Both the position numbers and the translations under genes were made by a program. Below, piece by piece: positions 17,095 through 26,158 of a stretch of 64,000 bases of DNA (position 1 is the first letter of the stretch; each line of letters opens with the position of its first letter). Below the pieces are notes generated by a model. That model searched no databases. It was not told the origin of the DNA and saw only the letters and a program-made list of their open reading frames with translations. Source of the DNA: Candidatus Desulfarcum epimagneticum (GTDB lineage Bacteria; Desulfobacterota; Desulfobacteria; Desulfobacterales; CR-1); NCBI GenBank assembly GCA_900659855.1, contig CAACVI010000001.1:113179-177178 (forward strand), read 5' to 3'.

Positions 17095-19245
17095 ATGATA
17101 AATTTTTTTTTGTTTTTTTTAAACCGATTTCGTTTTTTTCTGTTTGCGGCCCTGTGCATGATTCATTTCATGGCCGGAGGGGCCGCCGGGGCCACAAAGA
17201 CCACCCGGGATTATGTCAGATTTTCATGGTCTCCCATCTCCAACGTGACCTCCTATCATTTCCAGGTCAGCGATCGGGCCGATTTTTCAAATCTGCTGGT
17301 TGATGAGCGTCTGGACAGACGGCTTCCCACCTATCTGTGCCGCCCTCCTCTGCCGGAAGGAACGATTCATGCAAGGGTCAGGGGAAGAAAGAAAACCACC
17401 GGACTTTACGGCCCTTTTGTCCGATTGGAGCCCGTTGTGATTGAAGAGGCGGATCCCGATCCACGCTGGATCTCCGACACCCCTGATTCATTATCGGGAG
17501 TGACGGTCGACCCCCGCCCCACATTTTCGTGGTCTCCCATCCCCAACGTGACCTCTTATCAGTTTCAGGCCGGCGATCAGGCGGATTTTTCAGGCCTGCT
17601 GATTGATGAGCGTCTGGACAGACTTGTCACATCCCATACGCCCGACTTTGATCTGCCGGACGGAACGATTTACGCAAGGGTGAGGGGAAGGAAAAAGACC
17701 ACCGGACTTTACGGACCCTTTGTCCAAATGCCCTCCGTCGTGATTGACACGACTCCGCCCGGCGCTGATGACAAGCCTGTTCCGGAGATTTTTCCCGGCG
17801 ACGCCACCTCTGATCAAACCCCGGCGTTCATATGGTCCCCGCCCCGGGAGTCGGACGATGTGGTCGCCTATCGTCTCGCGGTCAGAGGCGATCATTTGCG
17901 CAATCATTTCACAGTCGGCGATATCCTGAATTTCAGCGCTCTGATCCAAAAGATCAATGACCCTGACAAAGCTGTTTCACAGTACGTCAAGGGAAAATTT
18001 TCATCTTCCGGGAAAACGCTTTTAAATGCCTATCAGGGTTCCCGTACCCTTTCCGGACCTGAAAAAAGGGTTATTGCGGGAAATCTCAACAATTTGCTTG
18101 ACGACCCTGACCTGTATTCGGAAGAGCGTTTCCCCATGGATTCTCTTACCCCGGAAATTCGGTGGGCGATGGTGGGAAATCCCGGGGCCAAAGATTTACA
18201 ACTTTCCGTTTTGAATCGCCGTCTGCTGGAATATGCCTTTCAGGAGGAAATTATTGCTTCAAGCGCTGTCTTTTCGGACTTAATGGATGGCGATAGATAT
18301 TTTTTCATCAACGCAGTGATCAAGGCATCCGACGCGTCTGTATTGACTTCGTCAGGGACAACAGGGGTTTCCTGTTCTGTTTCCACGGACTCTTCCAAAA
18401 AGTTCACATGCGAGCCGACGCCCCGCCTGACAGATGGGGCCTTCTACGCGAGGGTCAGCGCCATCGATCCTTTCTGGAATGAAGGCCCCCTTGTGGACAT
18501 GGGGTGGCTGTTGGTGGACACTGTCCCCCCGGGTCCTCCTCAGAACACTGGGCTTTCAGTCGGCTCCGATCCCCAAAGGCCAAAATTTTCGTGGGACCCG
18601 CCGGCGGATTCTTCCGATGTGAAGGATTATGAGGTTTTGATGGCCGATTCTCCCTCCTTTGACGCGGACAGCGCCAAAGGCCATGCCAAAATTATGGTGG
18701 GCGATGGAAGCGTCACCAACCACAAAACCGCTATCCGACTTTCCTGCGAGGCGACCTCCAACTCATACCAATGCGTTCCCACATCTGATTTGAGCTCCGG
18801 AACCATATACGCCAAAGTCAGGGCTGTGGACGGCGCGGAGAATCCAAGCTCTTTTACCACTGCGTCTTCGCATACGATAAGCGCTGCCTCTTCCAGGCGG
18901 CGTTCTTCCTCGTCATCCGGGTCTCCGAATGCCCAGGAAACGGGCTTGGCTACTACTGTGGGGTCCATTGATGTCGGGATGGGCATTGAGGATCAGGCGC
19001 TTTTCAAAGACCCCCATCTGGCCGCCGCCATCCGGGAGGCTCTGGGTGTGGAAGAGGGGAGCCCCATCGCCCGGGGGGATTTGGCGACGCTGGAGAGCCT
19101 GGATATAAGCGAGCGGGAGGTGACGGATTTCAGCGGCCTGGAAAACGCCGTTCGCCTTTTCAGTCTGACGATCAACCTCTCCCAGGCTTCAGAGCTGTGG
19201 AAGTTGTCCGATCTTGAGTCGTTAAGAGAGGTGATTATTGAATAA
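17095..19245 (+). CDS. large secreted protein with repeated FN3-like modules and a C-terminal LRR-like segment
   Basis: 716-aa ORF with a hydrophobic N-terminus. It has two near-duplicate modules of about 90 aa (FSWSPI(S/P)NVTSY(H/Q)FQ...ARVRGRKKTTGLYGPFV) and further (F/I)(S/I)W(S/D)PP..D.V..Y modules. The C-terminus is LRR-like (LATLESLDIS..FSGLENAVRLFSL). Confidence 0.6.
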   Translation: MINFFLFFLNRFRFFLFAALCMIHFMAGGAAGATKTTRDYVRFSWSPISNVTSYHFQVSDRADFSNLLVDERLDRRLPTYLCRPPLPEGTIHARVRGRKKTTGLYGPFVRLEPVVIEEADPDPRWISDTPDSLSGVTVDPRPTFSWSPIPNVTSYQFQAGDQADFSGLLIDERLDRLVTSHTPDFDLPDGTIYARVRGRKKTTGLYGPFVQMPSVVIDTTPPGADDKPVPEIFPGDATSDQTPAFIWSPPRESDDVVAYRLAVRGDHLRNHFTVGDILNFSALIQKINDPDKAVSQYVKGKFSSSGKTLLNAYQGSRTLSGPEKRVIAGNLNNLLDDPDLYSEERFPMDSLTPEIRWAMVGNPGAKDLQLSVLNRRLLEYAFQEEIIASSAVFSDLMDGDRYFFINAVIKASDASVLTSSGTTGVSCSVSTDSSKKFTCEPTPRLTDGAFYARVSAIDPFWNEGPLVDMGWLLVDTVPPGPPQNTGLSVGSDPQRPKFSWDPPADSSDVKDYEVLMADSPSFDADSAKGHAKIMVGDGSVTNHKTAIRLSCEATSNSYQCVPTSDLSSGTIYAKVRAVDGAENPSSFTTASSHTISAASSRRRSSSSSGSPNAQETGLATTVGSIDVGMGIEDQALFKDPHLAAAIREALGVEEGSPIARGDLATLESLDISEREVTDFSGLENAVRLFSLTINLSQASELWKLSDLESLREVIIE

Positions 19246-19800
19246 CAGTCCGTTTTTCCCCGCCCGCCTGATTTTTGAAAGGTATCGTTCTTTTTCGCTG
19301 TGCAGGCATCCGCAGTATTGCTGACGATAGAGGCCCATTTCCCGGGATTTTTCGATTCCCTCCTTCCAGCCGGGTCGAAAATCGCGGTAATAAAACGGAA
19401 CCCCGGTTTCTTTGGCCACCACCTCGCCAATGGATTTGATCTGATCATGGTCCTGGAATTTGCTGTACAGGAGGGTGGAGGAAAACGCGTCGAATTTTCC
19501 CTTTTTGGCGATACGGGCGGTTTGATACAGTCGGTCCCGGTGGCAGTAAAGGCAGCGGACGGATTCCCGAAAGGCCGTGTTTCTGAAAAAATTTTCCATA
19601 TCATAGCCTTTTTGAAACACGACCTTTAAATCGACCTTTTCGGCGTAAGTCCGAAGGGCCTCCTCCCGCCTTTGGCATTCCGCCCAGGGATGGATGTTGC
19701 TTCGGTAGAAAAAACCCATCACATCAACCCCCTCGTCACGCAAAACCCTCACCGGGTAAATGGCGCAGGGGCCGCAGCAGGTGTGAAGGGTCAGCTTCAT
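19222..19800 (-). CDS. queH: epoxyqueuosine reductase QueH (DUF208 type)
   Basis: 192-aa ORF with LHTCCGPC at the N-terminus plus CxxCH and YCGC cysteine motifs. Confidence 0.8.
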   Translation of the reverse strand: MKLTLHTCCGPCAIYPVRVLRDEGVDVMGFFYRSNIHPWAECQRREEALRTYAEKVDLKVVFQKGYDMENFFRNTAFRESVRCLYCHRDRLYQTARIAKKGKFDAFSSTLLYSKFQDHDQIKSIGEVVAKETGVPFYYRDFRPGWKEGIEKSREMGLYRQQYCGCLHSEKERYLSKIRRAGKNGLLFNNHLS

Positions 19801-20480
19801 GCCCTGGGTCCGAAAATCGCGGTTCCGATTCGAACCAGGGTGGCGCCTTCCTGAATGGCGGCCTCAAAATCCCCGGTCATGCCCATGGAAAGCTCCTCCA
19901 TGGAAACCCCCGGGATATCCTGCGCCGCGATTTCATCCCGCAGGCGGGAAAGCGCGGCGAAAAAGGGCCGGGCCCTTTCCCCGTCGTCAAAAAACGGGGG
20001 CATGGTCATCAGCCCCCTTGCGGACAGGTTTTCAAACCAGGCGATCTCCCGGATCAGGCCCGGCGCCTCTTGAGGCGAGACCCCGGATTTGGACGCCTCC
20101 CCGGCGATGTTGACCTGGATGAGTATGCGCTGCGTTTTGCCGATTTTACCGGCCTGTTTGTCTATCTCCCGGGCAAGCTTCACGGAATCCACCGAGTGGA
20201 TCAAATCAAAAATTCGCGCCGCGTATTTCGCCTTGTTGGTCTGGAGACGGCCGATGAAATGCCAGGACGCCTTCATGTGTGTGAGCGCGGCGCTTTTGTC
20301 ACGGGCTTCCTGGATATAGTTTTCCCCGATGATGTCCGCCCCGTTTTTAATGGCCTGCGCCACGGTTTGGGCCGGCATGGTTTTGGCGGCGGCCACCAGG
20401 CGGATTTCGGAGGGATCCCGGCCGGCGGCCATGGCGGCGGCCCGGACGCGGTCCCGGATATGGGTGATTCTTTCCTTCAA
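19797..20480 (-). CDS. yggS: YggS-family pyridoxal-phosphate homeostasis protein
   Basis: 227-aa ORF with typical YggS stretches (LVAAAKT, WHFIGRLQTNK, LSMGMTGDFEAAI). Its stop overlaps the queH start by 4 nt. Confidence 0.85.
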   Translation of the reverse strand: MKERITHIRDRVRAAAMAAGRDPSEIRLVAAAKTMPAQTVAQAIKNGADIIGENYIQEARDKSAALTHMKASWHFIGRLQTNKAKYAARIFDLIHSVDSVKLAREIDKQAGKIGKTQRILIQVNIAGEASKSGVSPQEAPGLIREIAWFENLSARGLMTMPPFFDDGERARPFFAALSRLRDEIAAQDIPGVSMEELSMGMTGDFEAAIQEGATLVRIGTAIFGPRA

Positions 20481-21103
20481 GACAAACTCCTTGGCGGCGG
20501 GGCGAAAGGCCCCGGCCGGATGACATCCTCACGGGTCAGGCGCTCCATGACCTCGCACACCGGCAGGCCCACCACGTTGGTGTACGACCCTTTTATTTCC
20601 CTCACCAGGCGGGTTCCAAGCCCCTGTATGGCGTAGCCCCCGGCCTTGTCAAAGGGCTCTTGGGTGTGGACATACCACTCCACCTCCCGGCGGGAAAGTG
20701 TTTTGAACCTGACCCGGGTCGCCGCTGTTTCAGAAAAAAGGCGCCGGGGCGCGTGGCGCCGCGCGCAAAAACCCGTGAAAACCGTGTGCCATTTGCCGCT
20801 GAGCCGATTCATCATGCCCCGGGCGTCTTCAACGGACACGGGTTTTTCCAGGAGTTTTCCATCGATCATCACAATGGTGTCGGCGCCGATGACCCAGCTT
20901 TCGGGATATTTTCGGGAAACCTCCCCGGCCTTTGCCTCGGCCAAGGTTTTCACATACGTCTCGGGGTTGGAAAACGCCACGTCGCTTTCATCAAAATCCG
21001 CCGGGATCACTGAAAAATTCAGCCCCGCCTGCTCAAGAAGATCGCGGCGGCGGGGAGATTTTGAGGCCAGAATGACGCGGCCGTTTTGGGATGCGCGGGA
21101 CAT
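20477..21103 (-). CDS. maf: Maf-family nucleoside-triphosphate pyrophosphatase
   Basis: 208-aa ORF with ILASKSPRRRDLL, IGADTIV and GGYAIQG motifs. Confidence 0.85.
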   Translation of the reverse strand: MSRASQNGRVILASKSPRRRDLLEQAGLNFSVIPADFDESDVAFSNPETYVKTLAEAKAGEVSRKYPESWVIGADTIVMIDGKLLEKPVSVEDARGMMNRLSGKWHTVFTGFCARRHAPRRLFSETAATRVRFKTLSRREVEWYVHTQEPFDKAGGYAIQGLGTRLVREIKGSYTNVVGLPVCEVMERLTREDVIRPGPFAPPPRSLS

Positions 21104-21109
21104 GGGGAG

Positions 21110-21815
21110 TTAAAAATGATACCGCAGGCCGAAGAGAACCTGGTGGCCCCGGATATTTATATCCGCCAGATACTCGAAGTCGGGGGTCACCGGGTAAAAA
21201 AATCGGTAGCCGACTTCCGCAAAAAAATTCTCGGACACCCGGCCGACGAGGCCCAGACCGAGCTGGAAGGCGAACGGCAAATCAGACTGTTTTTCTTCAT
21301 AAAAAAATTGGGCCTCAAGGTTTCCCGGCCGGGTTCGGGCATAGCGGACTTTTGAAAACTCAATCTTCGCAAACCCGGCGCCTGCCATCACATAGGGCGT
21401 TAGCTGGGAAGTCAAATTAAAATCCCGATACACATTCGCCAGAAGACGGTCGATGGACACATCGCCGATGACCGGGTGAAGCTCACTGAACGGTCTTGGG
21501 GGATCGGACTGATCATCAAATCCCGACAGGGAGATTTGGGTTAAGTCGCTCTCCTGACGCCCGAATTCAATTTCCACACGCCATGCGCCCTTTTTTTCTC
21601 CCAGCGCCAGGGACAAAGCCCATCCGTCTTCGGTTTCGATGACAGTGTCGGTTCCCGCCCGGTTTTCTCCGTCCATGTTATTCAGTTTTGCCACCCCCCC
21701 CCCGGGCCGACACATACAGGTCCATCTCCCCCCAGGGGGTCTCAAAGGAAAAGGCGCGGCCCGGCAAAAGGGCCGCGCAAAGGGCAAGGACGGTCATGAT
21801 GGTTTTCAGTTTCAT
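21110..21815 (-). pseudogene. outer-membrane beta-barrel protein gene, frameshifted in a G10 tract (phase-variable OFF state or homopolymer error)
   Basis: The ATG at 21815 encodes a signal peptide MKLKTIMTVLALCAALLPGRAFS|FE... This frame stops 4 codons after the G10 run. Removing one G joins it in frame to track ORF 21110..21787, which ends GLRYHF, an OMP-type terminal Phe. Confidence 0.65.
21694..21703. repeat. C10/G10 homopolymer inside the OMP gene
   Basis: Counted directly: 7 C at 21694-21700 plus 3 C at 21701-21703. Confidence 0.9.
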
Positions 21816-21828
21816 TTTATAGCCTTTT

Positions 21829-23892
21829 TTACGCGATGTCCTTGTCATAACAGGTCAGGCAGCAGGACATGCACCGGTGGGACTCCTTCTGGGCGTCGGT
21901 TTCGCTTAAGACCATATCCACCTCGTCAAAATTCGTGATCCGTTCTTTGACCGGAATCTCGGGCATTTGGGACCGGGGAATGGGAATGATTCCCTCCACC
22001 TTGTCAAACAGCGTGCCCGGAATGTATTTTTTGAAAAGCAGGTTGTCCGGGGCCGAAACCTCCTCGCCCGCAAGGTATTGATGGATGGAGGCGGCGGCCC
22101 GTCTTCCCCCGCCGATGGCCTCCACCACCAGGGAGGCCCCGGTGGCGGAATCCCCGGCCGTGAATATGTAGGGAACATTGGTCTGAAGGGTTTCGGGATC
22201 GGCGTTGATGGTGTTCCACCGGGTGATGTCCAGCTTCCCGGCGATTTTCCCGTCCTTGGTGAAATCCACGTCCGGGCCCTGGCCGATGGCCGTGATAAGC
22301 ATGTCCGCCTCAATGAGGGTTTCGGAGCCTTCCACGGGAACCGGCCTTCTCCTTCCGCTTTCATCGGGCTCGCCCAGCTCCATCTTCAAGTATTCCAGAT
22401 GGGTGATGGCGCCGTTCTCATCCCCGACGACCCGGGTGGGCGCCGCCAGAAAGGCGAATTCGATCCCCTCGTGCTCGGCGGCCACGATCTCCACCTCATT
22501 GGCGGGCATCTCTTTCCGGGTGCGGCGATAGACAATGGTCACTTTTTCGGCGCCCAGGCGGACCAGGGTTCTCACGCAGTCGATGGCGGTGTTCCCGCCG
22601 CCGATGACCACCGCTTTTTTGCCGATGGGAACCTCTTCGTTGTTTCCGATCCGGGACAGAAAATCAATGCCCGTGAAACAGCCCTCCAGGTCCTCCCCCT
22701 CGATTTTCAGGGCATAATCGCTCCAGGCCCCGATTCCTAAGAATATGGCGTCGTATCCCGACGCCACCAGGGAGCCTATGTCAAAATCCTCGCCGAGCCT
22801 CACGTTTGTGCGATGTTCAATGCCCAGGTCGAGGATCCCCTGGATTTCCCAGTCCAGGACCTTTTTGGGAAGCCGGTATTCGGGGATTCCGTACCGGATC
22901 ATTCCCCCCAGCTTGGGCATGGACTCGAAGATGGTGACGTCATGGCCAAGCCGGCGAAGGAAAAAGGCGGCGCTGAGCCCGGCCGGCCCTCCGCCGATGA
23001 CGGCCACATGTTTGCCGGTGTCGGGCGCTTTGGAGATGGGAATGCGGGAGCCGGAATTCATCTCCCAGTCGGCCACGAAACGTTTGAGCTGGTTGATGGA
23101 GACCGGATCGTCCTCCGCGCCTCTTCGGCAGTTCGACTCGCAGGGGTACGGGCACACCCGGCCGCAGGACAGAAGAAGGGGGTTTCGCTCCCGAAGGGTC
23201 CTCATGGCGCTTTCATATTCGCCGTTTCGGATATGGGAGATGTATTTGGGAATATCGATCTGGGCCGGGCAAGTCTGGCGGCACGGGGCCAGACGGCCGT
23301 CCTCCTGATTGAAGGTCAAAAGCCGCTGGGACAGGGTTTTGATCTCCATGATATCTTTGGGGCACGCGGTTTCACACGCGCCGCAGCCCACGCATTTTTC
23401 CTCGTTGACCACCGGGTATCCGGCCTCGCCCATCTCAAGCGCGTCAAAGGCGCACGCCTTCACGCAGTCCCCGTATCCCAGGCATCCCGCGCCGCAGTCC
23501 CGTTTTCCCCCGTAAAGCATGGAAAGGGCCTGGCAGCTCATGGCGCCCGTGTAGTGATACTTGTCGGCGGCCCGAAGCCCGCCCTGGCAGGTGTTGTAGG
23601 AAAGGCGGGTTTCGGCGGTTCCCGGGTCCACGCCCATTACGGCGGCCACGGCGGCCGCGGAGTCGGACCCGGCGATCACGCACACCCCCGGGGGGGCGGC
23701 GCCCTCCACCACGGCGGCGGCGGCCGCCGAGCACCCGGTGTAGCCGCAGGCCCCGCAGTTGGCGCCCGCCATGTTTCCCTCCACCTCGGCGATCCTGGGG
23801 TCTTCGTACACATAAAAAATTTTTGACGCCAGGCTCAAAACCGAACCGCAAACCGCTCCGATTGACAGCATGAAAAAGAATGCTTCAGTCAT
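21829..23892 (-). CDS. RnfB-like Fe-S domain fused to a GltD-like FAD/NAD(P)H oxidoreductase
   Basis: 687-aa ORF. The N-terminus has a TM helix and Cys cluster (ANCGACGYTGC), followed by 2x[4Fe-4S] CxxCxxCxxxCP motifs. The remainder is glutamate-synthase small-subunit-like, with VAVIGGGPAGLSAA and VIGGGNTAIDC. Confidence 0.75.
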   Translation of the reverse strand: MTEAFFFMLSIGAVCGSVLSLASKIFYVYEDPRIAEVEGNMAGANCGACGYTGCSAAAAAVVEGAAPPGVCVIAGSDSAAAVAAVMGVDPGTAETRLSYNTCQGGLRAADKYHYTGAMSCQALSMLYGGKRDCGAGCLGYGDCVKACAFDALEMGEAGYPVVNEEKCVGCGACETACPKDIMEIKTLSQRLLTFNQEDGRLAPCRQTCPAQIDIPKYISHIRNGEYESAMRTLRERNPLLLSCGRVCPYPCESNCRRGAEDDPVSINQLKRFVADWEMNSGSRIPISKAPDTGKHVAVIGGGPAGLSAAFFLRRLGHDVTIFESMPKLGGMIRYGIPEYRLPKKVLDWEIQGILDLGIEHRTNVRLGEDFDIGSLVASGYDAIFLGIGAWSDYALKIEGEDLEGCFTGIDFLSRIGNNEEVPIGKKAVVIGGGNTAIDCVRTLVRLGAEKVTIVYRRTRKEMPANEVEIVAAEHEGIEFAFLAAPTRVVGDENGAITHLEYLKMELGEPDESGRRRPVPVEGSETLIEADMLITAIGQGPDVDFTKDGKIAGKLDITRWNTINADPETLQTNVPYIFTAGDSATGASLVVEAIGGGRRAAASIHQYLAGEEVSAPDNLLFKKYIPGTLFDKVEGIIPIPRSQMPEIPVKERITNFDEVDMVLSETDAQKESHRCMSCCLTCYDKDIA

Positions 23893-23954
23893 GATGATTC
23901 CTTCTTGATTGATTTGTTTAAAATTTTAAATTGATAAAATTCGACTGGTGAGCC

Positions 23955-25067
23955 CTAAGCCCGCTTGTCCGGAAACAGCCGCCGGATATCCGCCGCGTCC
24001 GCCTGGCATATGCCCCTTTCGGTGATCAATCCGGTCACCAGGCGCGCCGGGGTCACATCAAAGGCGAAATTGGCGCACGGGCTGTCTTCGGGGGCGATGA
24101 GGACCTCCCGGATTTCGGACCCGTCAAAGCCGGCCACGCGACGGATCTCCTCGGCGCTTCTTTCCTCAATGGGAATTCGGGCGCCGTCGTCCAGTTCCCA
24201 GTCGAATGTGCTGGAAGGCAGGGCCACGTAAAACGGAACCCCGTTGTCCTTTGCCGCCAGCGCCTTTAAATAGGTCCCCACCTTGTTGGCCACATCGCCG
24301 GCGCGGGTGGTCCGGTCGGTCCCCACGATGACCGCGTCCACCATGCCCCGGGCCATCAAAATCCCCCCGGCGTTGTCCGTGATCACCGTGTGTTTGACGC
24401 CATGCCGGCCCAGCTCCCAGGCCGTGAGCCGGGCGCCCTGGTTCAGGGGCCGGGTCTCGTCCACCCAGACGTGAACATCAATCCCTTTGTCAAACGCCGC
24501 GTATATGGGCGCGGTGGCGGTCCCGTATTCCACACAGGCCAGCCAGCCGGCGTTGCAGTGGGTCAGGATGTGAACGGTCTCCCCGTTTTTTTTCCGGCTG
24601 ATCTCCTCAATAATCGGCAGGCCATGCTCCCCGATTTTCCGGCAGTTTTCCGATTCCTCGTCCGCGATCCGCCGGGCCTCATCCAGCGCGGCCCGGGTTT
24701 TCGCGTCCAGGGTTTTTTCCGGGGCCATGACCGCCAGGGTCCGGTCCACGGCCCAGGCCAGGTTCACGGCGGTGGGACGGACGGATTTGAGGCGGCGGGA
24801 CTCCTCTGTGATAAACGCGCCGGGGTCCCCGGCGTCCCGGGGGCATGACAGGGCCGCGATATAGATTCCGAAGGCCCCGGCGGCCCCGATGAGAGGGGCG
24901 CCGCGCACATACATGTCCCGGATGGCCGTGATCACGTCGTCCACGGTTTTTAAATCCACAAGAACAAGCTGGTGGGGGAGCAGACGCTGATCGATGATCC
25001 GGACATATCCGGAGTCCTCGTCCAGCCAGATGGGCCGGGTTATGGGGGTCTTTTTTTCCATTTTCAT
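23955..25067 (-). CDS. mtnA: S-methyl-5-thioribose-1-phosphate isomerase (eIF-2B alpha/beta/delta-like family)
   Basis: Typical MtnA N-terminus (YVRIIDQRLLPHQL..VRGAPLIGAAGAFG). The start is uncertain: ATG at 25067 or 25061, or TTG at 25100. Confidence 0.8.
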   Translation of the reverse strand: MKMEKKTPITRPIWLDEDSGYVRIIDQRLLPHQLVLVDLKTVDDVITAIRDMYVRGAPLIGAAGAFGIYIAALSCPRDAGDPGAFITEESRRLKSVRPTAVNLAWAVDRTLAVMAPEKTLDAKTRAALDEARRIADEESENCRKIGEHGLPIIEEISRKKNGETVHILTHCNAGWLACVEYGTATAPIYAAFDKGIDVHVWVDETRPLNQGARLTAWELGRHGVKHTVITDNAGGILMARGMVDAVIVGTDRTTRAGDVANKVGTYLKALAAKDNGVPFYVALPSSTFDWELDDGARIPIEERSAEEIRRVAGFDGSEIREVLIAPEDSPCANFAFDVTPARLVTGLITERGICQADAADIRRLFPDKRA

Positions 25068-25167
25068 ATTATGTTGTCTGTATTTTTGGGTTTGGATCAA
25101 AAAGAGGCAAAAAACCTCATTTTGTTATGGTCTTATAGGACGACTTTCGCCATAAGTCAAGCCCTGA

Positions 25168-25474
25168 CGACATCGTAAAAAATGCGTCGCGGTGGTTTTG
25201 TTCCTTCGGCATACTATATGTATGGCCTCAGGGTCAAAAAACCACCACGCCTTGTGACTTAAATTTTGATGGCGTCGTAAAAAATCCGATCTACTGCGTT
25301 ATAGCGGTTATTTTTAATTGAGGCATACTACATGTATTGCCTCAATTAAAAATAACCACTACGCCTTGTATATCGAATTTTTAACTTAGCCATCCCAATC
25401 TTTTTTACGAGTTTATTAAATTTTAGCATATGGAATTTTTACGATGTCGTCCGATCCATTTTTTATGGGTTTAT
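25168..25474 (+). mobile_element. MITE-like repeat copy C3 (hairpin type B), carrying nested copy C4
   Basis: Begins CGACATCGTAAAAAATGCGTCGCGGTGG after TGA at 25165-25167 (not a gene stop here). It resumes after C4 as TAAATTTTAGCATATGGAATTTTTACGATGTCGTCCGATCCATTTTTTATGGGTTTAT. Confidence 0.75.
25270..25416 (+). mobile_element. MITE-like repeat copy C4 (type A), nested within C3
   Basis: Full-length copy TGGCGTCGTAAAAAATCCGATCTACTGCGTT...TTTTTTACGAGTTTAT. The host-element sequence TTAAATTTT is present on both sides (25258-25266 and 25416-25424, the right copy sharing its first T with the terminal T of the element's TTTAT end). Confidence 0.8.
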
Positions 25475-25604
25475 CAAGGAGTTTTGATGGATATCGTTGA
25501 CATTTTTTTTTAAGTGTGAAAGCGTTTTAAAAAATAAAAAATCAGAATCCGAACCGTTTGGGAGTTTTTTTGAAAGGTTTTGAAAAGTGAGCTGTGAAAA
25601 AGGA

Positions 25605-26021
25605 ATGGTGGTGAGAACGTCCGGGACAATCGCCTGGGCAAAGGTAGACCGGGCCGGCGGCTGCGAGGGATGCTCACAAAAGGGCGCGTGCGGGATCGGG
25701 GCCGGAGGCAAAAGCGTGGAGGTGGAGGCGGTGAACGAGGCCGGGGCCCGGGTCGGCGACCTCGTTCTGATCGATGTCAAAAGCGCCTCTGTGCTCAAGG
25801 CGGCGTTTCTGCTTTATGTGTTTCCCATACTGGCCATGCTGGCGGGGGCGGTCATCGGACATCGCTCGCCCCCTTTTTTCCAGTTGGGCCCCAGCGCCCT
25901 GTCGGCGATCTTCGGCTTTTCCTTTTTCGGGGCGGCGGTTTTATTCACACGTTCCAAAGCAAACCGCCTGGCCCGAAAGGAAGACTATCGACTGCGGATC
26001 ACCAGGGTGATCAGGCCTTAG
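25605..26021 (+). CDS. RseC/MucC-family (SoxR-reducing system) membrane protein
   Basis: Cys-rich N-terminus (GGCEGCSQKGACG) followed by two TM helices. The ATG at 25605 is preferred over the GTG at 25587. Confidence 0.6.
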   Translation: MVVRTSGTIAWAKVDRAGGCEGCSQKGACGIGAGGKSVEVEAVNEAGARVGDLVLIDVKSASVLKAAFLLYVFPILAMLAGAVIGHRSPPFFQLGPSALSAIFGFSFFGAAVLFTRSKANRLARKEDYRLRITRVIRP

Positions 26022-26038
26022 GGCCCGCTCAAAAATAA

Positions 26039-26158
26039 TTTTACATTTTGGAAGCCAATTCATCCTGTCTGACTGCGTTATGAAAACTCGGCATATCCCG
26101 ATATGCCTCAAGTTTTCATGCCTTGTCAGACAGGCGACTTAACTCCCAAAATTGTAAA
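26039..26158. repeat. 120-bp imperfect palindromic element related to the MITE core, between convergent genes
   Basis: Arms TTACATTTTGGAAGCCAATTCATCCTGTCTGAC..ATGAAAACTCGGCATAT and ATATGCCTCAAGTTTTCAT..GTCAGACAGGCGACTTAACTCCCAAAATTGTAA. It shares the CTGCGTT-hairpin(GGCATA..TATGCC)-GCCTTGT layout of the main family and abuts the ppdK TAG stop. Confidence 0.7.

Noticed and set aside
21825-21841. GGACATCGCGTAAAAAA at the 3' end of the RnfB/GltD-like gene resembles the MITE left end (CGACATCGTAAAAAA).
   Set aside because: It is the coding sequence (KDIA*) plus an A-run. It has a 2-nt insertion relative to the consensus, and no further element sequence follows. It is most likely coincidence.
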